Under the pieces are notes generated by a model that was not told the origin of the DNA, made no database searches, and worked only from the letters and a program-made list of their open reading frames with translations. 64,000 nucleotides of DNA from Patescibacteria group bacterium (lineage in GTDB: Bacteria; Patescibacteriota; Patescibacteriia; Patescibacteriales; UBA12465): positions 7,438-71,437 of the forward strand of contig JBAYKT010000005.1 in the NCBI GenBank assembly GCA_041664445.1, written 5' to 3'. Made by a program: the position numbers and the translations under genes. Below are positions 24,995 to 33,653 of the stretch, in pieces. Within the stretch, counting starts at the first letter, position 1. The number at the start of each line of letters is the position of its first letter.

Positions 24995-26002
24995 TTAAGG
25001 CTGGGAACGCTTAGAAATATCCATTTTAAACTGTGCTAAATTAATTTTTCCGGAAAACAGCAAGTGAATCAAATGTAAAATATGATAATCTTCAATCTTG
25101 GTAATGAGCGGTAAAGCGGTGATAGTTTTTAAGCCCTCAATTGTCTTTTTTTCCGCTTTCATCTTTTGCTCGGCCTCCTCAAGACTCCATCCCTGCCCGA
25201 TTAAAATTCCAAATTCCTTATTCCTGGTTTTCCCGGTACAGCTCACCCAAAGATCATTACCCCAACATTGGCTGCCTAAAGAAAAAGTTTTAGCCTGTGC
25301 GCCGAATTGTTGAATCGCTATTTTTTCCACTTCCGCGGCGGCTCGAGAAATAATCCGCGTCTCCACGCTATAGGGCAAACCCAGGCCGTTAGTAATGCCA
25401 GCTAAAATAGAAATAACATTTTTAAAAGCAGCGGCACATTCTACACCCGCCACATCGTCTGTCGGATAAATAAAAAGATGTTCCGAGGCAAAGATGGCCG
25501 CCAGTTCCGGTAACAGGTCTTGATTCTGGCAAGCCAGGCTAGCGCCCAAGGGGCCGTGATTCAGCAAATCACTGGCAATCATCCCGCCAGAAAGCATCGC
25601 GTAATTATAAGTTTTGCCGGCTAATTTTTCAGCCACAATTTCAGAAATCCGCAGGCCAGTTTGGCTATGAAAAGCCTTGGAGGTATTAACCAAAATTAAA
25701 GGCTTGGTAATAAAAGGAGAAATTTCTTCTAAAACAGCGCCGATTGAATCAGAAGTTACAGATAAAATTAAAACATCGCAATCGGCTAAAAGCGCCTGAG
25801 AGCTTTGTTCAATTAGCGGGCGCTGGCTGATTTCCACCGGCTGGAATAGAGTTAGATGTTGTCTGGTATTATCTAAATGCGCACTGAGTAGCGGGTTGCG
25901 GTCGTAAGCGCTGAGCGAAAATTCGGCTGATTCTTTGCGGTCCAGATGCTTCAGAATGGCATAGCCAAAATTGCCGATGCCATAGATAGAAACTTTTTTC
26001 AT
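24995..26002 (-). CDS. gpsA: NAD(P)H-dependent glycerol-3-phosphate dehydrogenase
   Basis: 335 aa. GIGNFG Rossmann motif. C-terminal ..GNDLWVSCTGKTRNKEFGILIGQG.SLEEA......IEG pattern typical of GpsA. Confidence 0.75.
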   Translation of the reverse strand: MKKVSIYGIGNFGYAILKHLDRKESAEFSLSAYDRNPLLSAHLDNTRQHLTLFQPVEISQRPLIEQSSQALLADCDVLILSVTSDSIGAVLEEISPFITKPLILVNTSKAFHSQTGLRISEIVAEKLAGKTYNYAMLSGGMIASDLLNHGPLGASLACQNQDLLPELAAIFASEHLFIYPTDDVAGVECAAAFKNVISILAGITNGLGLPYSVETRIISRAAAEVEKIAIQQFGAQAKTFSLGSQCWGNDLWVSCTGKTRNKEFGILIGQGWSLEEAEQKMKAEKKTIEGLKTITALPLITKIEDYHILHLIHLLFSGKINLAQFKMDISKRSQP

Positions 26003-26010
26003 ATCTTATT

Positions 26011-26039
26011 ATTTTAGATAAAAAATATGAAAAAGGCAA
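26011..26039 (-). promoter_or_regulatory. gpsA promoter placed for a leaderless or near-leaderless mRNA
   Basis: Minus strand TTGCCT-17 nt-TAAAAT, only 8 nt from the -10 to the ATG, no SD. Confidence 0.45.
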
Positions 26040-26103
26040 TTTCCGATAAATTAACCGAAAATCGTGTCTTGCTTCTAAAAAATTTACATGTTATAATAAT
26101 TGT

Positions 26104-26168
26104 ACAATTGGCCTTGGTTATTTTTATAGCCTTGGCTCCGAGGACTCCCGCAAGGGGGTCCGTTTTTG
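26104..26168 (+). ncRNA. candidate ~65-nt small RNA between two minus-strand genes
   Basis: TTGCTT-17 nt-TATAAT (26069..26097). 12-bp palindrome AATTGTACAATT at the start site. GGACUCCC-GCAA-GGGGGUCC hairpin plus U-run at 26142..26168. Confidence 0.25.
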
Positions 26169-26216
26169 TATATCCAAAATCATAGCAATCAAGCGATAAA
26201 CTCCCGCTAAACAAAA

Positions 26217-26250
26217 TAAAAAAAGCCCTCAATTTCTTGAGAGCTTTTTT
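26217..26250 (-). terminator. terminator of the 26270..26701 gene
   Basis: AGCCCTCAA-TTTC-TTGAGAGCT hairpin between A- and T-runs. Confidence 0.6.
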
Positions 26251-26269
26251 AGAAAGAGCGAGGACCGAA

Positions 26270-26701
26270 TTATTTTCCGGAAAGCAAAGCGTTTTTAAGC
26301 GAGTTAAGACGCGAATCGCTATGTTCCCAGAGAGTGCCGGAAAGCATTAAAATTAGGCCGCAAATTAAGGCTGGCAAAGAACAGGCGAAATTAAAGATGC
26401 CAGGAAATAAATGACCGACATTAAAAGCGAAACTTAAAAGCCAGTTCCCTAACCAGACCACAAAGACAATTACCAGCGCCAAACCGGTATAGAACAAAAA
26501 GTAGGCGGCGGTCATTGAATGTTTCCGATGCAGAAACAAAAATTTCATAATGATAATCAGATAATAAGTTCCGATTAACATCATAAAACTCGTACTCATT
26601 CGTGGATTAGTTTCAGAGAACATATCCACAAACACGAAAGACATTAAGGCCAAAAGACTGTTCATAAAGAACTTTGCTGGGCTAAAAGGTTGTTTTGCCA
26701 T
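26270..26701 (-). CDS. hypothetical integral membrane protein
   Basis: 143 aa, 4 hydrophobic segments. Confidence 0.55.
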   Translation of the reverse strand: MAKQPFSPAKFFMNSLLALMSFVFVDMFSETNPRMSTSFMMLIGTYYLIIIMKFLFLHRKHSMTAAYFLFYTGLALVIVFVVWLGNWLLSFAFNVGHLFPGIFNFACSLPALICGLILMLSGTLWEHSDSRLNSLKNALLSGK

Positions 26702-26856
26702 GACTATATGTTTTTTAGTTGTTAATGAAAGAAAATTAAATATAATTATCCTCTAATCTAGCACTAAAAAAAGTTCGGGTCAATTAGGGCTCCCGGGGAG
26801 CAAAAACAATACTTCAATAATAGATTAAACGCGCAATAACAAAGGCCTCTACATAA

Positions 26857-26888
26857 CAAAAACCCCTCTCCGAAGAGAGGGGTTTTTC
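26857..26888 (-). terminator. strong terminator of the surface-layer-like gene
   Basis: CCCCTCTC-CGAA-GAGAGGGG, 8-bp GC-rich stem with flanking A/T runs. Confidence 0.85.
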
Positions 26889-26940
26889 AGTTATATAATT
26901 TTACAATTATTAAACTGTTCAATAACTTTTACCTAAAGAT

Positions 26941-29900
26941 TTAGTTAGCAGTTAAAGTCTGAGAATCTGTAGGTAGAGTCTTGACTAAATAACCACCAGT
27001 CCAATCAGTGGTAGTCAAAGAGTGGCTAGCAGCACTTTGATCAGACCAGATAAGGTTATTACCGTCAGCAAATGCTAATGCATAAGTTGTATTAGCTAAG
27101 TAGCCGTCAGAAGCAATGCTTGTGCTTACAAAGCTATTGCTAGCAATGGTTCCGCCAATAGTAGCCTTAAGAGTATAAGTCTTAGAGCCACTTACGCTTT
27201 GCTCTGAAGTTGGGACAAAGGAGACGTGGCCAAGAGTGGCTGTTCCTCCTAAGTCATCGATAGATGCAGTTCCAGCAACTTCAACTCCATTTTCGTCATA
27301 GAGTTTAGCGGTTGCAACAGTAACTGCAGCTGTCTTACTAACTGTGAAATTGATTTGGTTCCAACCAATAGCAGAAGCACCTGAAGTTACAGAGAACTTA
27401 GCTAAGGTTTGAGTACCAGCAGTTAACACAGCAGTAGGTAATGTTTGATTGGTTACAGTCGGAATTGACTTGTAAACATAGATAGCACTACCAGCTACAT
27501 CGGTAGCGTCAGCGGTTTCAGTACCTTGAGAATTATTAGCCTTGAAAGAATCAAGAGTGGCGGTTACAGCCGCTCCGGAGCTTCCAGTGCTTGAATTAAT
27601 ATCACCAATGGTAGCAGAAACAGTTAATACCTTAGTAGCATCAATGCCAACTGGCAAGGTAAGACCTGTGAAGGTTGCCTTATAAATTGTGCCATCAAAA
27701 ACTACTGGAGCTGAAGCAACAACGGTAGCACCATCCTTTAAGGATACGCTAGTGATGTTGGAAGCTGCAGCTGAACCGGAGAATTTAACAACTGCTTCAG
27801 TTAAAGTATAGCTGTCATTAGTGGTTGTAAGTTTGTATGCAGCTAAGTCGTTTGTAGAATTAGCAACAACCAACTTGCTAGATGGAGTTGAGGCATCAAG
27901 AGCAGAAGCAATACTGCCAGTAGCAGCAGTGATGGTCTGACCAGCTAAAACTGAACCACTACCAGTAGTTACAGTTTGAGATGAACCAGAGGTGGTGCCA
28001 GTGACAAGCAAGGAAGCAATCATGGTGTCGTTGCTACCAGAAACGGTAAAGGTAGAAACATTTCCGTAAACTTCAATAACCATGTTGTCATTCTTTCCTA
28101 ATACTTCAGAAACTGACCAAGTGTTTCCTGTTGCGGAAACAGTTGATTTTACTGAAGAAGTCTTTGAACCATATTTTAGATAAACATCATTCAAGTTAGT
28201 AGCTGCCCACTGATCAGCACCAGTGAAATCTACTTGGAAAGAATTAATGTTTACGTTTTCAATATTATTACCAGACAATACGAATGAACCTAACTTATAA
28301 GCAGTGGCCGGGATAACAGCATTTTGATTGCCGTAAGTAACTTGCTTTGACAAAGAAACGCTACCAATCTTAACGGTTAAAGCGTTGCCATCTACGTTAG
28401 CAGAAGGAACGTTAATGTAACCAAGAGAAGTTAATCTCTGAGCACCGTTAGTGTAGGTAATAATGCGTGAAGTCAAAGTGTCATCAGCAGCGACATCATT
28501 TGTGCCGTCGCCATCATAGATATCAGCTTTAATTTCAACAATCACTGGAGTTCCAGGATTTACAACTAAAGCAGAACCTAAACTGAAATCAACATAACCT
28601 TGAGTAGAGTCGGTGGTTGCAGGAATAGCAGCAGTGCTACCAATTTGAGAACCATTAGCATAAACAGCACCATTGCGTAAAGTGAAGGCAGTATCGCTAT
28701 CACTTTCAACAACAGCAACTCTCAAAGTTTCAACCTTAACGCTTTCTCCATAAGCCTTGAATTCAAACTTACCAAGACTTACACCAGAAGCATCTTTTGT
28801 TACATTACCAGTAGCTGAGTCTGACTTCTTAGTTACAGTCAAAGAACCGGAGTTAATTGACATGGTTCCAGAAGTAGCAGGCATAGCAGAAACAGTAACA
28901 TAAGCTCCATATTGAGTGTCTTTAACAGCAATATCAGTAGCTCTCTGTAAAGAGAAAGAATAGTTCTTGGAAGAACCATTAACTACATCAGCACGAACTT
29001 CTAATATTCTGCTGCCAGTATTTAACATGACAGGAGCGCTAGAGAAATCAAATGTAATATAGTTATCGCTACCTAATTGTAGAGTTGAACCATGTTGAAC
29101 ACCATCAACAAAGAACTTCAAATTAGCTAAATCAGTTTGGCTGATAGAACCAATTTGGCGCAAAGTTACTCTTTCAAGATTAACTTCGCGAGTTCCAACT
29201 GAAACTGTGTTTTTCCAAACAGCAAGTTCAGTTTGGCCAGCATCTACAGAAGATGTTGTCGGATAAGTAGTGCCATTCATAGCAACAGTTGCTAATGAAG
29301 CGCTAGATACAGACATCATATTCCCAGACATTGGGAAAGCACCACTAACAGTAGCGCCTCCAGCCATAACATCGGCAGCAGCATTAATTGCTACAGCAAC
29401 GTTAGAGCCATCGGTAGTTGTGCTAGAAATGTTAGACTTTACAGTAATCTTTTTAGTTGCGCCAGCAGGGATAGTTAATATTCCAGTTGGGTTGCTAAAA
29501 GTAATGTAGTTAGAGCTAACAGTAGCATTGTCAGTTAAGCGGTTAGCACCGTCGTAAAGATAAACAGCGGATAATAAAGCGTCTGAAGAAACGCCAGTTC
29601 TCTTTATCTTTAAGCTAGTAATCTTAACTTCACCATCGTTAGATGCTGTGAAATTGAAAGATCCTAAATTGGCTAAGGCTTGACCATAGATTAAGGTAGT
29701 AGCTGGGGCTGTATCAGCAGATACTGATAACATAACACCAGTTCCGGTGCTCACAACAACACCATGAGAACCACCTTGTGCATCATTAGTTAAACCAGTT
29801 TCAGCACCAGTAACGGAAGAACCGCCAGCGGTGATGGTATTGGTGATAGTAATGATGTTGCCCATCGCGAAGCGATTAGCAGTTAAAGCAGCTTCAGAAG

Positions 29901-30456
29901 CAATAGAACGATAGTTAGTGCCATCGTAGTAATATACGGAAGCGCTATTAGCGTTCTTTACTAAAGAACCGGCTGGAACCATACCATCAGCTAAAGCAGT
30001 GCCGATAGTGTAGTTGGTGAAGAAAGAGTCAGCGACATCGACAACTCTCTTGCTCCAGTTGGTGCCATATAAAGCAGCAGCTTGAGCTTCACTTTGAATC
30101 TTTCTTAAAACGCCATTTGGTTCAACAGCGTAAACAGAAGGATCAGTTGTAATCTTCACGAGCTTAGTACCCGGTCTCATAGTTACATTGCCACCTAATG
30201 GGTAGCTTTGTAATTCAGATGCTGGGATAGTGACAACGCCACTGAAATCAGCATGCCAAGACATAAAGGTAGCTTCATTCGGGAAGACATATCTCTTGCC
30301 GTCGGAACCAAGGTAGTAGACAGAGGATAAACCATCCATCTTAATCAAATCACCTGCAGAAGCAGCAGCTGAAGCCGGAGCTACAACTAAACCACTCATT
30401 GCGATAACTGATAATACCATTACGCCGACAACTAAGAATTTGCGTAATTTATTCAT
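26941..30456 (-). CDS. 1171-aa secreted surface-layer-like protein (T/S/A/V/G-rich beta-sandwich repeats) with N-terminal anchor-like repeats
   Basis: Signal peptide ..VAPASAAASA. Three N-terminal G.L[IV]K....VYY....G..R.I units. Long low-complexity beta-rich body. Strong terminator. Confidence 0.6.
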   Translation of the reverse strand: MNKLRKFLVVGVMVLSVIAMSGLVVAPASAAASAGDLIKMDGLSSVYYLGSDGKRYVFPNEATFMSWHADFSGVVTIPASELQSYPLGGNVTMRPGTKLVKITTDPSVYAVEPNGVLRKIQSEAQAAALYGTNWSKRVVDVADSFFTNYTIGTALADGMVPAGSLVKNANSASVYYYDGTNYRSIASEAALTANRFAMGNIITITNTITAGGSSVTGAETGLTNDAQGGSHGVVVSTGTGVMLSVSADTAPATTLIYGQALANLGSFNFTASNDGEVKITSLKIKRTGVSSDALLSAVYLYDGANRLTDNATVSSNYITFSNPTGILTIPAGATKKITVKSNISSTTTDGSNVAVAINAAADVMAGGATVSGAFPMSGNMMSVSSASLATVAMNGTTYPTTSSVDAGQTELAVWKNTVSVGTREVNLERVTLRQIGSISQTDLANLKFFVDGVQHGSTLQLGSDNYITFDFSSAPVMLNTGSRILEVRADVVNGSSKNYSFSLQRATDIAVKDTQYGAYVTVSAMPATSGTMSINSGSLTVTKKSDSATGNVTKDASGVSLGKFEFKAYGESVKVETLRVAVVESDSDTAFTLRNGAVYANGSQIGSTAAIPATTDSTQGYVDFSLGSALVVNPGTPVIVEIKADIYDGDGTNDVAADDTLTSRIITYTNGAQRLTSLGYINVPSANVDGNALTVKIGSVSLSKQVTYGNQNAVIPATAYKLGSFVLSGNNIENVNINSFQVDFTGADQWAATNLNDVYLKYGSKTSSVKSTVSATGNTWSVSEVLGKNDNMVIEVYGNVSTFTVSGSNDTMIASLLVTGTTSGSSQTVTTGSGSVLAGQTITAATGSIASALDASTPSSKLVVANSTNDLAAYKLTTTNDSYTLTEAVVKFSGSAAASNITSVSLKDGATVVASAPVVFDGTIYKATFTGLTLPVGIDATKVLTVSATIGDINSSTGSSGAAVTATLDSFKANNSQGTETADATDVAGSAIYVYKSIPTVTNQTLPTAVLTAGTQTLAKFSVTSGASAIGWNQINFTVSKTAAVTVATAKLYDENGVEVAGTASIDDLGGTATLGHVSFVPTSEQSVSGSKTYTLKATIGGTIASNSFVSTSIASDGYLANTTYALAFADGNNLIWSDQSAASHSLTTTDWTGGYLVKTLPTDSQTLTAN

Positions 30457-30928
30457 AAATAATAGTTAATTACTCCCAAACGTCTAAACAATAGTAGTTT
30501 AAACGATTCAAGAATAATGATTGTCCAATTTTGGCCTACTCTCTTTTCTTCCCCGCTCTATTTTTGATAAATCAGTCGGAATCCCGCTCCGCCAACCTGT
30601 TTAAAGCTTAAGGCGAAGGCCAGCCGATCTCTATAAATAAAGTTCTGCCAGCCGAGCGCGTGTTGCTGCAGGCTGGAGAAAAGCTTAACCGATTTACCAA
30701 TCATTGATTGGAGTTTCAAAGGTTTGAGCTAAATTGGATATAAGTAAATTTGTAAGGGACAAACCACTCCTTGCGGAGTTCGACCTTGATTTGGTTCGCC
30801 AGTCCGTTTTAACGCGGACTTATTAATTTATCTCGCTAGGACGTCCGTGATAGGATGATACTTCCTCCGGTCAGGATCAGCCGCTTGAGAGAGATAAACT
30901 AATAAGCACGCGCTAGTGCTTTGTATTT
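30457..30928 (-). other. 472-bp GC-enriched structured spacer / long leader upstream of the surface-layer-like gene
   Basis: No ORF of 60 aa or more. About 45% G+C by hand count over 30541..30900. Multiple stable hairpins. See findings. Confidence 0.4.
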
Positions 30929-31792
30929 TTATTTGATAATTTCGGTCACTTCGTTTAACTTATCAATTACGCTGTGATAATCTTTGTTGTTGAATGATTC
31001 TTTCGCTTCGTCAATCATTTTATCAGCTTCATTAATTTTGGCATCAATACTCACTTCCGCTTCGACTTTAGTTTCAGTTGAGCTTGCTTCGGTCGTAGTC
31101 GCTTTGGTTTCAGCCTTAACGCTCGTGCTTGGAGCTATCGTTGTTCGCGCGACCGAAGCTTGATTCGGCTCGGCTTCCTTAATTTGAATTCCCTGTTCGG
31201 CTTTATGTTCGGCGGCAATCGAAATTGCCTCATCAGACATTTCTACTTGTTCGCTCACTTCTCCTTCCAACTTCGGTGCTTTGGTCACACCGGAATTTAC
31301 TATTTTCTTAACGTTATCTATTTCTTCATTAAAGCTATCATTTAATTTAGCAACTTGGTCTTTGTTCTCTTCGTTATTAAAACTTGGGTCAGATAAAACA
31401 GCGGAAATATCTTTAGCATGATTAGTGGCAAAATTAACCGCTAACTTATTTTTAGCTTCCGAATTAAAAACCATATTAAGCTTCGCCTTTTCGGAAATAA
31501 TTCTGGCGATATATAAAGAGTCGTTCGGTTTGGCTTGGCTAAAAAGCTTATGACCAAAAATACTGCTAGCTACCAGAACTAACATAAAAACGCCCAACGC
31601 AAAAACGGGCTGGGAAGAAGCCTTTAAGAAACTTTTTAAATTAATGAAGAAGACCTGGCCGCCGGATAATTTATCGGCGCCGGAATTGGAAATTTGGGCC
31701 AAAAAAAGTTCCCGATTACTCGCTAACCAGGAGCTATCCGGACTGACGTTTTTTAAGCTATTAAGTTTTGAGATTAAATCTTTATTGGTCAT
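30929..31792 (-). CDS. anti-sigma-factor-like single-pass membrane protein
   Basis: 287 aa. Follows the ECF sigma gene. Cytoplasmic N-terminus, one TM (PVFALGVFMLVLVASSIF), extracytoplasmic coiled C-terminus. Confidence 0.45.
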   Translation of the reverse strand: MTNKDLISKLNSLKNVSPDSSWLASNRELFLAQISNSGADKLSGGQVFFINLKSFLKASSQPVFALGVFMLVLVASSIFGHKLFSQAKPNDSLYIARIISEKAKLNMVFNSEAKNKLAVNFATNHAKDISAVLSDPSFNNEENKDQVAKLNDSFNEEIDNVKKIVNSGVTKAPKLEGEVSEQVEMSDEAISIAAEHKAEQGIQIKEAEPNQASVARTTIAPSTSVKAETKATTTEASSTETKVEAEVSIDAKINEADKMIDEAKESFNNKDYHSVIDKLNEVTEIIK

Positions 31793-31834
31793 ACGCTATA
31801 ATATACGGAAAAACTACTAAAACGTTACAGTAAA

Positions 31835-32413
31835 TTAAACACCGGGGCTATCCTCGATTAACTCCCTAAGCGCGGTTAAGGCCCGATGCAGCAAAACCCT
31901 AACATTTCCGCGGCTTTTTTGACTAATATCGGAGATTTCTTCCAGACTTAAATCGTTAATAAAACGCATAATAATAATTTCCCGATATTCCTCCTTTAAA
32001 AACGGCAATTTACTGATAATTCGTTTCAAGTCTTGATCATCATCAATTTTATCAGATTGGCTCATATCAGTCGCGATATCGACCGGATTTTGTTCATCAT
32101 CAAGCGAAATCGGCTTCTGGCTTCCCCGCTCGCGGTAATAGTCAATAATGGCGTTTCTGGCGACTTTATAGAGCAAAGCACGCAGGGTTTTAGCATCTTC
32201 TAAGGTATTTTTTTGGATATGGTCCCAGGTCTTTAAAAAGATAATGGAAGTCAGGTCATTTGCCTCTTCTCGGCTGCCAATTTTAAAATAAACGAAGCGA
32301 TGAATATCGGCCACATTAGCGTCATAAACCTCAGTAAAAACCTCCTTGTCCCGACTTTTCAGGCGGCTCAGGGTTTGCTTATTCTTAAATTTTTTAACTA
32401 TATTTGACGGCAT
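31835..32413 (-). CDS. ECF-type RNA polymerase sigma-70 family factor
   Basis: 192 aa. Region 2 (..LLYKVARNAIIDYYRER) and region 4 HTH (LSLEEISDISQKSRGNVRVLLHRAL). Confidence 0.85.
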   Translation of the reverse strand: MPSNIVKKFKNKQTLSRLKSRDKEVFTEVYDANVADIHRFVYFKIGSREEANDLTSIIFLKTWDHIQKNTLEDAKTLRALLYKVARNAIIDYYRERGSQKPISLDDEQNPVDIATDMSQSDKIDDDQDLKRIISKLPFLKEEYREIIIMRFINDLSLEEISDISQKSRGNVRVLLHRALTALRELIEDSPGV

Positions 32414-32636
32414 TTAATTTCTTTTTTTAGATTATCCCTAATAACAAAAAATAACGGGAAAAACACTTGTCCCGTACACGTTTAATTTATTTTTAATCTG
32501 CCCCTATTTTAACACAGCCTTTTTTTAAAAGCAAATGATAATTAGTGACTCACCAGACGACTTTTCCCCTATTTTTCGCAACATATACTACTTCAACTAT
32601 TACGCCAAAAGGAGCCACAAACTTCAATCCAGGCTC

Positions 32637-32665
32637 TTGACTTTTAATTTAAAAGGGGTTAAGAT
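32637..32665 (+). promoter_or_regulatory. sigma70-type promoter of the 32787 gene
   Basis: TTGACT-17 nt-TAAGAT. Implies a ~115-nt 5' UTR. Confidence 0.55.
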
Positions 32666-32750
32666 TCAAAGACTTAAGTCCAGAAAGTTATGGACTTAAA
32701 GCCCTAATTTTAATTTTACCCTTTTATTTATTGGTCGCCTTTTAAGAGCT

Positions 32751-32774
32751 TTAGTCTACAATATTGTAGACTAA
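32751..32774. promoter_or_regulatory. 24-bp perfect palindrome (operator or hairpin candidate)
   Basis: TTAGTCTACAAT|ATTGTAGACTAA, ending 12 nt before the start codon of the HTH-protein gene. Confidence 0.5.
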
Positions 32775-32786
32775 AATATTAAAAAC

Positions 32787-33089
32787 ATGGACAAACTTTT
32801 AAATATTAAGCAACCGCTTATCTCTTTGAATGAGGTCGCTAATCCGATTTGGGTCTCGGTATCCGAAGCGGCGGCTTTAGGAGGCGTGCAAGGCAAAACC
32901 ATTAGACGGGCCTTGAAGGACGAAAAAGGAACTTTAATATTTAAGATTGTAAAAGACCGCTACCAAATCGAACTCGGCTCCTTGATTATTTTCTTGCATC
33001 GCAACAAGAAGCTGAACAATAAATTGCAAGACTTTGGTTTAGGACAATATGTTAGTGAGTGGAAAGCGTTAGATAATAACGAGCGCTAA
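32787..33089 (+). CDS. small DNA-binding protein, excisionase/MerR-like HTH
   Basis: 100 aa. WVSVSEAAALGGVQGKTIRRAL resembles HTH_17-type helix-turn-helix. Confidence 0.4.
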   Translation: MDKLLNIKQPLISLNEVANPIWVSVSEAAALGGVQGKTIRRALKDEKGTLIFKIVKDRYQIELGSLIIFLHRNKKLNNKLQDFGLGQYVSEWKALDNNER

Positions 33090-33114
33090 CTTATTTTTTT
33101 AAACCGTTGCCTAT

Positions 33115-33147
33115 AAAAAAGCCTCTCTGACAAGGAGAGGCTTTTTG
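33115..33147 (+). terminator. Rho-independent terminator
   Basis: GCCTCTC-N7-GAGAGGC followed by T5. Confidence 0.8.
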
Positions 33148-33156
33148 TTTGTAAAT

Positions 33157-33192
33157 AAAAACCACCTTGGATTCCGTCAAGGCGGTTTTTGT
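33157..33192 (-). terminator. terminator of the HU gene
   Basis: ACCGCCTTGA-N7-CAAGGTGGT (one mismatch) followed by a T-run on the minus strand. Confidence 0.6.
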
Positions 33193-33238
33193 ATATGAGA
33201 AACTAAAGTTCTCTGGGGATAACTGTTTAAGCTAAATA

Positions 33239-33520
33239 CTAAAGAATAGCATCTTTAGCCGCTTTAGCTAAGCGGAACTTAACAACAGTTTTTGCCGGTA
33301 TCTTGATGGTCTCGCCCGTTGCTGGGTTGCGACCTTCTCTGGCCTTTCTTTTAACCTTTACTAATTTTCCAAATCCAGGAACGATACATTCACCGTTCTT
33401 CTTTACTTCCTTATAAACAACTTCAGTAATGGCATCCATGAAACCACTTACTTGTTTTTTGCTCAACTCTACACTTTCGGCCAAGGCCGCAATCATTTGG
33501 GACTTTGTCATTTTGGACAT
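33239..33520 (-). CDS. hup: HU-family nucleoid protein
   Basis: MTKSQMIAALAE.. and RNPATGETIKIPAKTVVKFR arm typical of HU/IHF. Start at MSKM or MTKS rather than the upstream alternative start. Confidence 0.9.
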   Translation of the reverse strand: MSKMTKSQMIAALAESVELSKKQVSGFMDAITEVVYKEVKKNGECIVPGFGKLVKVKRKAREGRNPATGETIKIPAKTVVKFRLAKAAKDAIL

Positions 33521-33606
33521 AGTTTTGTAAATGGAACTAATCAAGAAAGCCTTGTTTAAAGCTCTAAAGAAAAGTTCGTTTAATTATATACAATGTTTAT
33601 AAGGAT

Positions 33607-33635
33607 ATTATAGCACACTCTAAAATATATGCCAA
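33607..33635 (-). promoter_or_regulatory. strong promoter of the HU gene
   Basis: Minus strand TTGGCA-17 nt-TATAAT with extended -10 TGC. Confidence 0.7.
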
Positions 33636-33653
33636 TAAATACGGGGGATATCT

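Noticed and set aside
26014-26232. 72-aa minus-strand ORF between gpsA and the membrane-protein gene
   Set aside because: It spans a terminator hairpin and promoter elements and has no start context. It is treated as intergenic.
30735-30780. Plus-strand AGGGACAAACC-ACUCC-UUGC-GGAGU resembles the GGGCAAACC-hairpin start of c-di-GMP-I (GEMM) riboswitches
   Set aside because: It is on the strand opposite to the downstream gene and lacks the conserved ACGCAAAGC segment.
30457-30928. Tested the GC-rich spacer for tmRNA (GGGG.UGA...UUCGAC 5' end, ..UCCACCA 3' end, ANDENYALAA-like tag), RNase P RNA (GAGGAAAGUCC, ACAGAA..GGCUUA) and SRP RNA (GGAAGGAAGCAGC)
   Set aside because: There are only loose resemblances, such as GCGGCUGAUCCUGACCGGAGGAAGU. 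None of the universally conserved core motifs is present on either strand.
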